Below the pieces are notes generated by a model. The model had not been told where the DNA came from and searched no databases. It worked only from the letters and a program-made list of their open reading frames with translations. DNA of 57,505 nt, taken from positions 1 to 57,505 of the forward strand of contig SFEH01000006.1 of the NCBI GenBank assembly GCA_004557315.1. The letters run 5' to 3'. Position numbers and translations under genes: made by a program. Below, piece by piece: positions 6,379 through 15,794 of this stretch (positions within the stretch are counted from its first letter, which is position 1; each line of letters begins with the position of its first letter). The DNA comes from Bacteroidales bacterium. GTDB lineage: Bacteria; Bacteroidota; Bacteroidia; Bacteroidales; UBA3663.

Positions 6379-8946
6379 TCATCTGATTATCTTCTTTGTC
6401 TTGCCATCATTCATTCTCAAGATCTGTAAACCATCGCGGACACTGCGCTGAGCGGCACCATCGAGTGTGTAGATACGGTCGATGGCAGAGTTGTCGATGC
6501 GATCTATGACAGACTCGATGTCGGTGACAGAAAACTCGACGATGTTCTTGAACTGACCCCAATATGGGTCGCCTTGATAGAGACCTTTTGTGCCTGTAGG
6601 CACGTAGAGAGTGGCGGTGTCGTAGAGGGCTTCTTCGAAGTGATCACCAGAAGTAGGAGTCACCACATTCTCAGAGCGGAGATAGATGGACTTGATGGAT
6701 TCACAAAAACGGAAAGCGCCTTCTCCCCAATTCTCTACTCCACTGCCGATAACCACGGTTTCGAGCATTTCACTAAAAGCACAAACCAATTGTTTCAGGG
6801 TCTTTACCCCATCTGGGATGACGAAAGATGTTGTTTGAAGGCATGATGCAGAAGCACCCCTCAGGGTTGTCACCGACTCAGGAATCTGGTAGTTGTCATG
6901 AATGCACGGCATAAGCACAAGCTCGGTCATATCCTTGGTCAAGAGCATTCCGTTGGACATAGCAAAGTTGGCATTGCCTTCGCCAAGGGTTATCTCCTTC
7001 AGGTTTTCGGCAAAGACCATGAAAGACTCACCAATCGACTTTACGCTAGAAGGGATATGGATCGACGATACGCTGATGCAACCCAATCCCATTACTCCAA
7101 TGCTTTCAAGACCTTCGGGAAGAGTCAGTGAAGTCACAGCAGCTGAGCCATTAAGAGCTGCATCATCGATCGTCTTGACTGTGGCAGGAAGCTTCAGGTC
7201 AATGCTTTTATTCCAGTCGGTTGCGCCCAACAGATAGAGGAAGCGCGTCTTGTCGGCCGATAGGAGCATATTGCCTTCCATGACGAAGTGCTTGTTGCCT
7301 TCTTCAATCTTCATTTCTTCAAGGTCGTAGTTGAGTGTGAATGCGGAAGGTTCGATTTCCTCGACCGAAGCTGGGATGGTGATTGACTTGAGTCCCCACA
7401 CAGAGCTTAATCCACGATAGTTGATTTTCTTCAGCGTCGAAGGCAATGTGATACTGTCGATTTTTCTCATAGTGAAACAGCATTCACCAAGCTCGGTCAC
7501 AGGATAGGTGACCCCATCGACAGTGATTTCCTCAGGGACGACAATGGAGCCCGAATAAGGGTCGCATAGGTTTGTGGATCCATTCTCGCCCATGTAGCTA
7601 TCAGTCACTACTGTGGCTGTCATTTCCTGCTTATTGAGATCATAAGCCAATCCATCGACCACCACCGATGCAGCACTTGCCTCGCCTGAATATGTGTCGA
7701 TACCAGCCAAAGAGTACTCCCTGATGTTGGTAAACACGTCCCAGCCCTTGGTTGCGGCGTATTTCTGACTTGACCCCTCAGGGACAAAAAGCGTAGGGAT
7801 GGAATCTTGACCGATTACAAACATGTCACCCTCAGACAGCTCCACGGGCTCAGGGTTGCGCGAGAATACCGACTTCAGAACCGGGTTGCCAGTGATGGAA
7901 GGAAAACCAATCTCTTTCACGCTACTGCCGATGACAAGAGTCTTGAGCTTTTCGTTATTGCGTATGGCATAGCGCTTCAAATACTCAACCGTATTTGGAA
8001 TGGTGAGAGAGCGCATGTTTGTTTGGTTGATTGCATTAGAATCGATAGTCTTGACGGTTTTTGGGATGCTCAACGAAGTGTGACCGACCGTCACCTTGAT
8101 GAGATTGGAGATGTCCTTGTCATACAACACACCATCGACAACAGTATAATAAGGATTCGCTTCATTGACGGTTATCTCGTTGAGATTGCGCGTATCTGCC
8201 AAACAGCTTTCGCCTATACTTCTCACAGTAGAAGGGAAGGCAATGGATGAGATGCCTGTGGCAGCGAATGCATATTGTCCAATCGTCTCAAGTCCCTCAG
8301 GCAAAGCTATTGACTTCACGGACTCATCATTACTCAAGGCAAAGTGATCAATTGACTTGATTGTAGAAGGGAGAATTATATCGAGCGGATTTTGATTGTC
8401 GTATGCATCTATGAGGCAGAGCAGTCGTGTCTTGCTTGCCGACATCAGCATATTCTGCTCGCAGCAGAAATGCGTATTGCCCTCTTCGACAACGATAGTT
8501 TTCAGGTTGAAGAGAAACGTGAAGCTTGCCTGACCGATTTCTTCTACAGAAGCGGGAATGGTCAACGTGGAGAGTCCTATCAACATCGAAAAGGCTTGAT
8601 CACAGATTTTCTTCAACGTTGATGGCATTGTGATGCTGGTTATCTCGCGCATGTAAAAAGCGGCACTGCTTATCTCAGTCACTGTGTATTGGGTATCATC
8701 GACAGTGATCGACGAAGGAATGACGATTTCGCCCGAATAAAAGTCACATAGCTGCTGTGTTTTGCCTGCCTCATCGGTGTAAAACTCGTGTATGACAGCG
8801 GCGGTCTTGTTCACCTTGTCAAGATTGTAGGCGATGCCGTTAACGGCGACTCGATTTGCCGCTGTTCCAGATGTCTGGGCTTTTGCCCAACTGCATGAAA
8901 TCAGCATTGAGAAGAACAATGCAAGAAAAGGAGTAAAGTGTTTCAT
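6379..8946 (-). CDS. BspA-type leucine-rich-repeat surface protein with T9SS C-terminal sorting domain
   Basis: It is 855 aa with a signal peptide (MKHFTPFLALFFSMLISCSWAKAQ). It has many ~23-aa LRR units (IPSSV..IG..AF..C..L..I). A ~400-aa module is internally duplicated. The C-terminus IYTLDGAAQRSVRDGLQILRMNDGKTKKIIR is T9SS CTD-like. Confidence 0.8.
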   Translation of the reverse strand: MKHFTPFLALFFSMLISCSWAKAQTSGTAANRVAVNGIAYNLDKVNKTAAVIHEFYTDEAGKTQQLCDFYSGEIVIPSSITVDDTQYTVTEISSAAFYMREITSITMPSTLKKICDQAFSMLIGLSTLTIPASVEEIGQASFTFLFNLKTIVVEEGNTHFCCEQNMLMSASKTRLLCLIDAYDNQNPLDIILPSTIKSIDHFALSNDESVKSIALPEGLETIGQYAFAATGISSIAFPSTVRSIGESCLADTRNLNEITVNEANPYYTVVDGVLYDKDISNLIKVTVGHTSLSIPKTVKTIDSNAINQTNMRSLTIPNTVEYLKRYAIRNNEKLKTLVIGSSVKEIGFPSITGNPVLKSVFSRNPEPVELSEGDMFVIGQDSIPTLFVPEGSSQKYAATKGWDVFTNIREYSLAGIDTYSGEASAASVVVDGLAYDLNKQEMTATVVTDSYMGENGSTNLCDPYSGSIVVPEEITVDGVTYPVTELGECCFTMRKIDSITLPSTLKKINYRGLSSVWGLKSITIPASVEEIEPSAFTLNYDLEEMKIEEGNKHFVMEGNMLLSADKTRFLYLLGATDWNKSIDLKLPATVKTIDDAALNGSAAVTSLTLPEGLESIGVMGLGCISVSSIHIPSSVKSIGESFMVFAENLKEITLGEGNANFAMSNGMLLTKDMTELVLMPCIHDNYQIPESVTTLRGASASCLQTTSFVIPDGVKTLKQLVCAFSEMLETVVIGSGVENWGEGAFRFCESIKSIYLRSENVVTPTSGDHFEEALYDTATLYVPTGTKGLYQGDPYWGQFKNIVEFSVTDIESVIDRIDNSAIDRIYTLDGAAQRSVRDGLQILRMNDGKTKKIIR

Positions 8947-9031
8947 AAAAAAAAATGTTTAGTAATTGATTCTAGGCGCACCCAAAGTCTGCAATATAGA
9001 AGTGACTTTAGAGTGCGCTCACTAAAGATGG

Positions 9032-10153
9032 TCAAATTATTTTCGAGGAATAGTAACTCTTCGGGCTCATCTCCTTGACTTTCGAGAAATAGCGGTTGAA
9101 AGATGAGAGGGAGTTGAAGCCACTCATTTCTGCCACCACTGTCATAGGCTTACGACCATTGACAGGCATTGCATCGATGATGCGGCAAGCCTCGGCGATG
9201 CGATAGGTGTTGATATAGTCATAGAAGGTGGTTTTCAATGTGTTGTTGAAATACTCCGACAGATAGGTCTTGTTGGTGCCGATTGCCTGAGCCACATCGC
9301 CTAGCGAGACGAGAGGATTGAGATAGACCTTGTTTTCCTCCATAATCTGCTGCAGACGCTCGGCAATCAAGGTGTCTCGTTCTGAAATTGATTGTTTAAT
9401 GGTTTGTGTTTCTTCAATAATTGCTTCATTCTCTTCATTGGCATTGCTCTCATGAGGCTTTTCTGCCTCTTCAGGCCTGAACATTCGGATGAGTCTGTGT
9501 CGGCGTGCAAATAGGAAGAGGAAAGTCCAGAAGATAATGGAGAAGAGATTGAACATTGACTCGCTCAGCCATGTCGTCTCATCGAATGCAAAAGCATAGA
9601 AAAACAGGGCAGAAAAATACACAAAACACGAAACGACAACCCAATTCACGTCGATACGGTGGCTGTAGGAGTAGTTGTCGGTGATATACTTATGATGTTT
9701 GGCGGCAAATATCAGCACATACACTAATGTGATAATCGAAAGAATGAAGTCAAAAGCGAGAGCTGCAAGGACAACTTCTTCAATAGGATAGAGAACAAAC
9801 GCCAGGACAAACAGCAACTGTAAGACCAATAGTCTAATAAAGCGCTTTTTGGTAATAGACATTGGGTGTACGGCCTCAAAGAAAAATGAGCATATCAGTG
9901 GGATGAGCAGCAAGTCCACGATCCTAGCCACGTCGTTTAGAAACATTGAGTACTTCCACTCAGAGAAGAGAAAGACTGCATCTTTTATATGACCAAAGGT
10001 CAGGAATGCTGTGGCATAGAACAGGAGCTGCATCATCCTGCTGCGTCGTTTGTAGCTATAGAGCCTGACACTCCAGAACACAAAGAAGAGCGTGACAGCA
10101 CCTCTCATGTAATGCGCGAATGCCTCGATTGTCAATAACGAATATTCTTCCAT
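9032..10153 (-). CDS. membrane-anchored AraC-family transcriptional regulator
   Basis: The N-terminal ~220 aa are polytopic and hydrophobic. The C-terminal part is an AraC HTH (LSEYFNNTLKTTFYDYINTYRIAEACRII...FNSLSSFNRYFSKVKEMSP). Confidence 0.8.
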   Translation of the reverse strand: MEEYSLLTIEAFAHYMRGAVTLFFVFWSVRLYSYKRRSRMMQLLFYATAFLTFGHIKDAVFLFSEWKYSMFLNDVARIVDLLLIPLICSFFFEAVHPMSITKKRFIRLLVLQLLFVLAFVLYPIEEVVLAALAFDFILSIITLVYVLIFAAKHHKYITDNYSYSHRIDVNWVVVSCFVYFSALFFYAFAFDETTWLSESMFNLFSIIFWTFLFLFARRHRLIRMFRPEEAEKPHESNANEENEAIIEETQTIKQSISERDTLIAERLQQIMEENKVYLNPLVSLGDVAQAIGTNKTYLSEYFNNTLKTTFYDYINTYRIAEACRIIDAMPVNGRKPMTVVAEMSGFNSLSSFNRYFSKVKEMSPKSYYSSKII

Positions 10154-10176
10154 TACCTTTTCTTAATTAGTTTATG

Positions 10177-10184
10177 CAAAAATA
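10177..10184 (-). promoter_or_regulatory. TAnnTTTG box (TATTTTTG on minus strand) for the AraC gene
   Basis: The plus-strand sequence CAAAAATA lies 24 nt upstream of the ATG at 10153. Confidence 0.45.
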
Positions 10185-10572
10185 AACATATTTTTTAACT
10201 TTATCATTTTGCAGAACGTGTAATTTGAGCAAAATGAGCAAAAATTGAACGATTGAGCAGTTTTTGATTTGTTGACACAAAATAAAGAGGTCAAAACTGG
10301 TATTATTTGTATTTTTGTTGTTTAATTATACGCTCTATTGCAATCTATGCATAACAAGATGAGTGTAATGCAGAATGTGCAATAGGGCTTGGATGCTGGG
10401 CAAAACAGACTTGTAAGATCTGATATTCGGAAGCAGCCTCTTTTTTTTCTGAAAAAAACTGCAGTATATTTGAAAGGACAGACTTTTCTTGGACTTTTAA
10501 GAAAGTACAGACTTTTCTTGAAATTTTGAGAAAAGCTGGCAGTGCCTTCAATTATTATGAGGCAGTGCGTTT

Positions 10573-11544
10573 TCAATCCATCGGAAAAGTCACTCCCCAC
10601 TCCTTTCGGAGCTGATCCATCTGTCGCATCACGCTGAGGGTTTCGGCATGCGGCATGAGTGGCGATTCCATCAAACCAGCAGCAAGACAACGCTCGCATT
10701 CGAAGACTTCGTATTCGTAGCCATTGATCATTTCGGCAGGCTTCTCATAGGTCGCTATCTTGCAATTGTCTTGATAGACTTCAATAAGTTCGGGGCAATT
10801 GATATTGTCAATGCGGATGTAACCCTTAGTGCCGCTGATGATGCCTTGGCGGTCGTTTTGGCACAATGCTCCTGCCTGGAGGTTCGCCATCTTACCATCG
10901 CGATAAGACAGTGAGATGCATTCGTGGAGGTCAACGCCTGTGTCGCTCAAATGTACATTCGAGACGGTGCGCAGCACGTCATTACCAAAGTACATACGGG
11001 CAAAATTGAGCGCATAGACACCGAGATCGAGCAAGGCTCCGCCACAGAGTTCTGGACGGATGATGCGCTCCTTATGTTCGATGCTATAGCAGAGTGTGGC
11101 TGTGAGAACACGAGGCTCGCCTATGACTCCGCTTTCCATCACTTCCTTTATCTTATGCGACATTGGCATATAGCGCGTCCATATCGCTTCGGTCACGAAC
11201 ACTCCACTTTCTTTGGCAAGAGCCAGAAGCTGCTCTGCCTCGCGTGCATTGGCAGTGAACGCTTTCTCTACAAGACAAGGCTTGCCGTGGGAGATGGCAA
11301 GTCGGGCGTGAGCGAAGTGGTGAGAATGGGGAGTCGCAACATAGACGAGATCGACGGCAGGGTCGCTAACAAGCTCCTCGTATGAGCCATAGGCCTTGGC
11401 TATGCCATTTTCTTTTGCAAAAGCCACTGCCTTGTCGAGCGAACGCGATGCCACTGCATAACACTCACAGCCCTGCGGCTTGGATGCCAGGGCATAAGCC
11501 ATTTTGCGGGCAATGCCGCCCGCTCCGATAATTCCTAAACGCAT
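10573..11544 (-). CDS. Gfo/Idh/MocA-family NAD(P)-dependent oxidoreductase
   Basis: It has an N-terminal Rossmann motif (MRLGIIGAGGIARKMA). Its length (323 aa) and EKAF motif (LVEKAF) are typical of the family. Confidence 0.85.
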   Translation of the reverse strand: MRLGIIGAGGIARKMAYALASKPQGCECYAVASRSLDKAVAFAKENGIAKAYGSYEELVSDPAVDLVYVATPHSHHFAHARLAISHGKPCLVEKAFTANAREAEQLLALAKESGVFVTEAIWTRYMPMSHKIKEVMESGVIGEPRVLTATLCYSIEHKERIIRPELCGGALLDLGVYALNFARMYFGNDVLRTVSNVHLSDTGVDLHECISLSYRDGKMANLQAGALCQNDRQGIISGTKGYIRIDNINCPELIEVYQDNCKIATYEKPAEMINGYEYEVFECERCLAAGLMESPLMPHAETLSVMRQMDQLRKEWGVTFPMD

Positions 11545-11656
11545 AAGTCTTTTCTTTTTTGGGGCAAAGATAAGGATTTATTTTTGATTTTGGCTTCTTT
11601 GAGAAGGGGAAAAGGAGGCAATGAGGGTGATTTTGAAGGGAGAAAGGGCAGAAACT

Positions 11657-11729
11657 CAAAAAAAGTGAAGAGAAAAGACCACGAAGGGCAATAACTCATC
11701 AAGGGAGGGGTTATGCGAATCGTGGTCTT
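11657..11729 (-). terminator. terminator-like hairpin downstream of the TolC-like gene
   Basis: A perfect 10-bp stem pairs AAGACCACGA (11675-11684) with TCGTGGTCTT (11720-11729). On the minus strand a T7 run follows about 12 nt later (plus-strand A-run near 11657-11665). Confidence 0.4.
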
Positions 11730-11806
11730 GGTATAGATCAAAAAAGTAACAAGGCTGAAAGAAGCAAAGCTGACAGAAAGGCTAAAGAAGCGAAGCTGAC
11801 TGCAGG

Positions 11807-13129
11807 TCAGAAATCCTGGCCGTTGTAGAACTCAAGGATCTTGACGCGTATGAGGTATTCGTACTTTGACTGAACCTCATCGTGGAGAGCCTTCTCGAGT
11901 TTGGTGCGGGCTTGCTGGAGGTCGTAGGAAGTGCTGCGACCGGCACCGAAACGCTCTGCTTCGTAGCGATATGCGATGGAAGTGGATTCGGCGGCTTTCT
12001 TGGCTGACGCGTAGTTGTCGCGAGCCTTGGCTGCATTCCAATATGCCTGCTGGATCTCCTTGCCGAGGGTTTGGCGAGCCTCTTCGAGCGCCCAGTTGTA
12101 GCTCTGGACACTGAGACGCGCCTGGCGCACACTATTGCGCGAAGAGAAGCGGTTGAAGATAGGGATGCTGAGCGAAACACCTACATACTCACTGCCATTG
12201 TCCTTAAGCTGTTTGCCGAACGACTTGTTGTAGTCGGAGTCGTAGAGATGGTAGTAGCTGTTGCTGTAGGAAGCAGTGAGCGAAAGCGAAGGCATCATAT
12301 AGCTGCGAGCCACCTTTTCGGAGTAACGGCTCTGTTCGAGGTTATATTTGGCAGCCATGATGGCAGGATGAGTCTCTACGGCATAGGCGAAGACTGTCTC
12401 GGGCAGAGGCATATCGCCAAGCATGGACGTAGTGTCGAGTTCGATGACCGAGAACTTATCGGCATCGCAATCGAGGTTGAGCGCCTGAATGAGGTCGAGA
12501 CGCGCAATCATCTCATTGCCCTCGGCTTCAGTGAGCGAATGTTCGGACATTGCAACCTGAGCGCGGGCATTAGCCACCTCCGACTCTGGCTGGCGACCAG
12601 TTTCGAACAAAGCCTCGGCCTTGGCAAGAGCATCACGATCGAGGGCGAGCTGCTGACGCTGGATCTGGGTCAGACCCCTATAATATAGGGCATTGAGATA
12701 ATAGCTTGCCACTGTGACAGTGATGTCTCGCTTTGCCTTTTCAAGATTCTCGGTAGCAGCCTTGAGCGAATAACGGTCGGCCTTAATCTGGTTGGAGATA
12801 CGGAAACCTGTGAAGACAGGTACCTGAGCTCCAATATTGAACGACGAGCTGGTTGAGGTCTGATCGACTGTCGAACCATCACGTCCAGTGCTTCGTCCGA
12901 AACCGAAACTCTGACCCAAAGAGGCGCTTACCGAAGGTAGGCGGCTAAAGCGAGAAGTCTCAAGGGCAATCTCAGCATTCTGTTCCTGGAGTTTTCGCTG
13001 TTCGATGCCGATGTTATGGTCGATGGCATACTGCACGCAATCGTGGAGCGACATTGTCTGCTGTGCATGAGCCGAAGAAAGGCCGATGAGGCATAATGTC
13101 AGAATATGGAAAAGCTTTTTCATAATCAT
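11807..13129 (-). CDS. TolC-family outer-membrane efflux protein
   Basis: It is 440 aa with a signal peptide and the two-repeat OEP architecture. It is the last gene of the ABC/HlyD efflux operon. Confidence 0.85.
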   Translation of the reverse strand: MIMKKLFHILTLCLIGLSSAHAQQTMSLHDCVQYAIDHNIGIEQRKLQEQNAEIALETSRFSRLPSVSASLGQSFGFGRSTGRDGSTVDQTSTSSSFNIGAQVPVFTGFRISNQIKADRYSLKAATENLEKAKRDITVTVASYYLNALYYRGLTQIQRQQLALDRDALAKAEALFETGRQPESEVANARAQVAMSEHSLTEAEGNEMIARLDLIQALNLDCDADKFSVIELDTTSMLGDMPLPETVFAYAVETHPAIMAAKYNLEQSRYSEKVARSYMMPSLSLTASYSNSYYHLYDSDYNKSFGKQLKDNGSEYVGVSLSIPIFNRFSSRNSVRQARLSVQSYNWALEEARQTLGKEIQQAYWNAAKARDNYASAKKAAESTSIAYRYEAERFGAGRSTSYDLQQARTKLEKALHDEVQSKYEYLIRVKILEFYNGQDF

Positions 13130-13365
13130 TTAATTTCTGCATCCCAGAAATGCCTTATCTCTCTATACAAGAACTTTTTGACAAAAGATTCATAAAGCAT
13201 CAAGGCTCTACTGGGGTGCAATAACTATAATATTCTTTGCGCATCCAAGAAAGTCCCTTACAGGAATTTGACAGATTAATCTTACTTTCAAAAAAAGACT
13301 TTCTGGCAAAGCAACAAATATATAAAAGTACTTTTGATGATGCGCTATCTATTTTTAATTAATTC

Positions 13366-14472
13366 TCACTCGGCCTTTTCGTTACCTCTCAGTTTCATAT
13401 CCTCAGTGACACCCTCGAGCACCTGGATATAGATACCATCGCTCATACCCACCTTGACAGGGATGCGTTCGAAAGACTGTGGAACGGCTGTCTCGTCGGA
13501 AGTGAGCTTATAGACGAAGGTGGAATCGTTGGAGAACTCGATGGCTGTTTCTTCGACAGAGAGCACATCAGAGACACGGTCGAGCACAATCTCAGCATTG
13601 GCACTATAGCCAGCTCGCACCACGATGCTGTCGGGGATATTGGTGGCTGCAGCCTTGATTTCGAAGAGGACGGCACCATTGTTCTCGATGCCCTTTGGCG
13701 ACACATATTCGAGCACAGCTGGAAGCTTGACACCCTGGATAGCTCCGATGGTGAGGGTGATGTCCATGCCGCTGTTGAGACGACCCACCTCTGTCTCATC
13801 GACCTTTCCACGGAAGATGATGTCGCTCATATCTGCAACAGTGGCGATGGTCGTACCGTCGCTATAGTTACTGGCATTGACCACAGTCGTACCCTTCTTG
13901 ACAGGGATATCGAGTATTCGGCCATTGACCGTACTTGTAACGATGGTAGTATTGATTTTGCCCGAACGCTTGCTGATACCGCTGGTGACGATGTCGAGAG
14001 CATCCTGAGCCGACTGTGCCGACTCGCGAGCCTTTTCGAGAGTGTTCTTTGCTTTCTCATACTCCTCCTTGGCAATCACTCCCTTATTGAAGAGCACTTC
14101 AGTGCGAGCAAACTCCTTTTCGGTTTCCTCAAGAGTGAGCTGAGAAGTGCGCACATTGCTCTGAGCATTGCTGAGCTGAGCCATATCAGGTATGACCTGG
14201 ATCTTTGCGATAGGGTCGCCAGTATAGACGAAATCGCCTGGTTCGCGATAGAGTTCGGTCACGATACCCTGGATCTGAGGCTTGAGGTTAACCTCATCGC
14301 GAGGCTCGACCTTACCATTGGCAATAGTCTTCTTCTCGAGGGTTCGGACAGCAGGAGTGAGACAGTCATAGACCTTCTCGACTGGTTGCGACTGCTTCCA
14401 GAGGAAATAGAAAGTGTAAAGAACCAATACGGCAACCAATGCCCATGCAACTCGCTTAATAATCTTTTTCAT
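13366..14472 (-). CDS. efflux periplasmic adaptor (HlyD/MFP family)
   Basis: It is 368 aa with an N-terminal TM anchor, a coiled-coil hairpin region and beta-barrel motifs. It sits between the FtsX permeases and TolC. Confidence 0.85.
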   Translation of the reverse strand: MKKIIKRVAWALVAVLVLYTFYFLWKQSQPVEKVYDCLTPAVRTLEKKTIANGKVEPRDEVNLKPQIQGIVTELYREPGDFVYTGDPIAKIQVIPDMAQLSNAQSNVRTSQLTLEETEKEFARTEVLFNKGVIAKEEYEKAKNTLEKARESAQSAQDALDIVTSGISKRSGKINTTIVTSTVNGRILDIPVKKGTTVVNASNYSDGTTIATVADMSDIIFRGKVDETEVGRLNSGMDITLTIGAIQGVKLPAVLEYVSPKGIENNGAVLFEIKAAATNIPDSIVVRAGYSANAEIVLDRVSDVLSVEETAIEFSNDSTFVYKLTSDETAVPQSFERIPVKVGMSDGIYIQVLEGVTEDMKLRGNEKAE

Positions 14473-14522
14473 AAGTCGTTATGTTGTTTTGTGGCAATGC
14501 CACGATGTTTTTTTATTCTGTT

Positions 14523-15794
14523 TTATTCATCTCTCAAAGCATCGATTGCCTTGATTTTCATTGCTCTGTTGGCTGGCATCCATCCAGCGACAAGTCCGCC
14601 TATGATGAGGATGATGAGAGCCACCACTGCTACGGTAAACGGAATCTGCGGATTGTCGAAGCCCTGGAACTCGGTGCCACTGCCATTTTCAATGGTCGAA
14701 GAGCCCTTGGTGACGATGCTTATGGCTTGTAAGATCCAGACACCAAGCGTGAGACCCGCAATGCCTGCAGTCACCGTGATAACGATGCTCTCGGACATTA
14801 TCTGGGTGAGGATGGTGCGAGGTGTAGCACCGATAGCTCGTCGAATGCCTATCTCCTGCGTGCGCTCCTTGACCGTCACAAGCATGATGTTCGAAACGCC
14901 GATCAAGCCAGCTAAGAGCGTTCCTGCACCGATGATCCAGATGAGGATGTAGATGCCGAGGAAGAGAAGGTCGAACATCTCGATGATCTCGGCAAGGTTG
15001 AAGCATTGGATAGCCATGGTGTCGTCGGGATGAGCATAGTGGATTTCCTTGACGACTCGGAGAATCTTGTCCTCCCACTCCTGAGCAGGGGCATCATCCT
15101 TGAGCGTTACGATCAGTGCGTGGATCATATCACCTTGTCCGTAGGTGTTCTGACCCGTTGTGAGCGGGATATGGATCGACTCATTGACCCCAGCTCCGAG
15201 GTTAATCATACCCGAACTTTCTCGCACAACACCTACAATAGTATAATACAGCTCGCCTGCCTTTATGAGCTTGCCACAAGGGTCGCCACCGCGCTTGAAG
15301 AGCGAGCGATAGACCTGATAACCAATGACACAGACCTTACGCTGCTCACGCACATCCATCTCGTTGAGGTATCGGCCGAAGAGCTGCTTCTGGGGGATAC
15401 ACTGGAAATAGCCCTTGTGAGTGCCCACAACCGAGAAATCCTCTGAAGCATCTTCATAAGCACAACGGAAACTGCCAAAGTTGTTGAGCGGCACGATGCG
15501 CTCAGTGATATTGCTGAAACGGCTCTGCAGGATGTCGATGTCTCGGTTTTCCAGCATGATGCTTCGTCCCTTGGAATAGCCCTTGTAAGCCATCGAGGTG
15601 GTTCCTCCGAAGAAGAAGACACTGTTGGCAGGGATGGATTTGAGGGCAGCGACGATACCATTGTTGAAGCCGAAGCCCATACCGACGAGGATCACGAGCA
15701 TGAGCATGCCCCAGAAGATACCGAAGGCCGTCATGATTGATCGCCATTTACTGCGTCGGATTGTCTGATATATTTCTGACCAAAGTTCTCTCAT
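14523..15794 (-). CDS. ABC transporter permease, MacB/FtsX type
   Basis: It is 423 aa with a MacB-like periplasmic domain between TM1 and TM2. The FtsX C-terminus is RTQEIGIRRAIGATPRTIL...PANRAMKIKAIDALRDE. Confidence 0.9.
   Translation of the reverse strand: MRELWSEIYQTIRRSKWRSIMTAFGIFWGMLMLVILVGMGFGFNNGIVAALKSIPANSVFFFGGTTSMAYKGYSKGRSIMLENRDIDILQSRFSNITERIVPLNNFGSFRCAYEDASEDFSVVGTHKGYFQCIPQKQLFGRYLNEMDVREQRKVCVIGYQVYRSLFKRGGDPCGKLIKAGELYYTIVGVVRESSGMINLGAGVNESIHIPLTTGQNTYGQGDMIHALIVTLKDDAPAQEWEDKILRVVKEIHYAHPDDTMAIQCFNLAEIIEMFDLLFLGIYILIWIIGAGTLLAGLIGVSNIMLVTVKERTQEIGIRRAIGATPRTILTQIMSESIVITVTAGIAGLTLGVWILQAISIVTKGSSTIENGSGTEFQGFDNPQIPFTVAVVALIILIIGGLVAGWMPANRAMKIKAIDALRDE

Noticed and set aside
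10322-10699. ORFs at 10322-10699 and 10345-10551 (minus) in the AraC upstream gap.
   Set aside because: One runs into the oxidoreductase gene in the wrong frame. The other is a low-complexity translation of the repeat-containing spacer.
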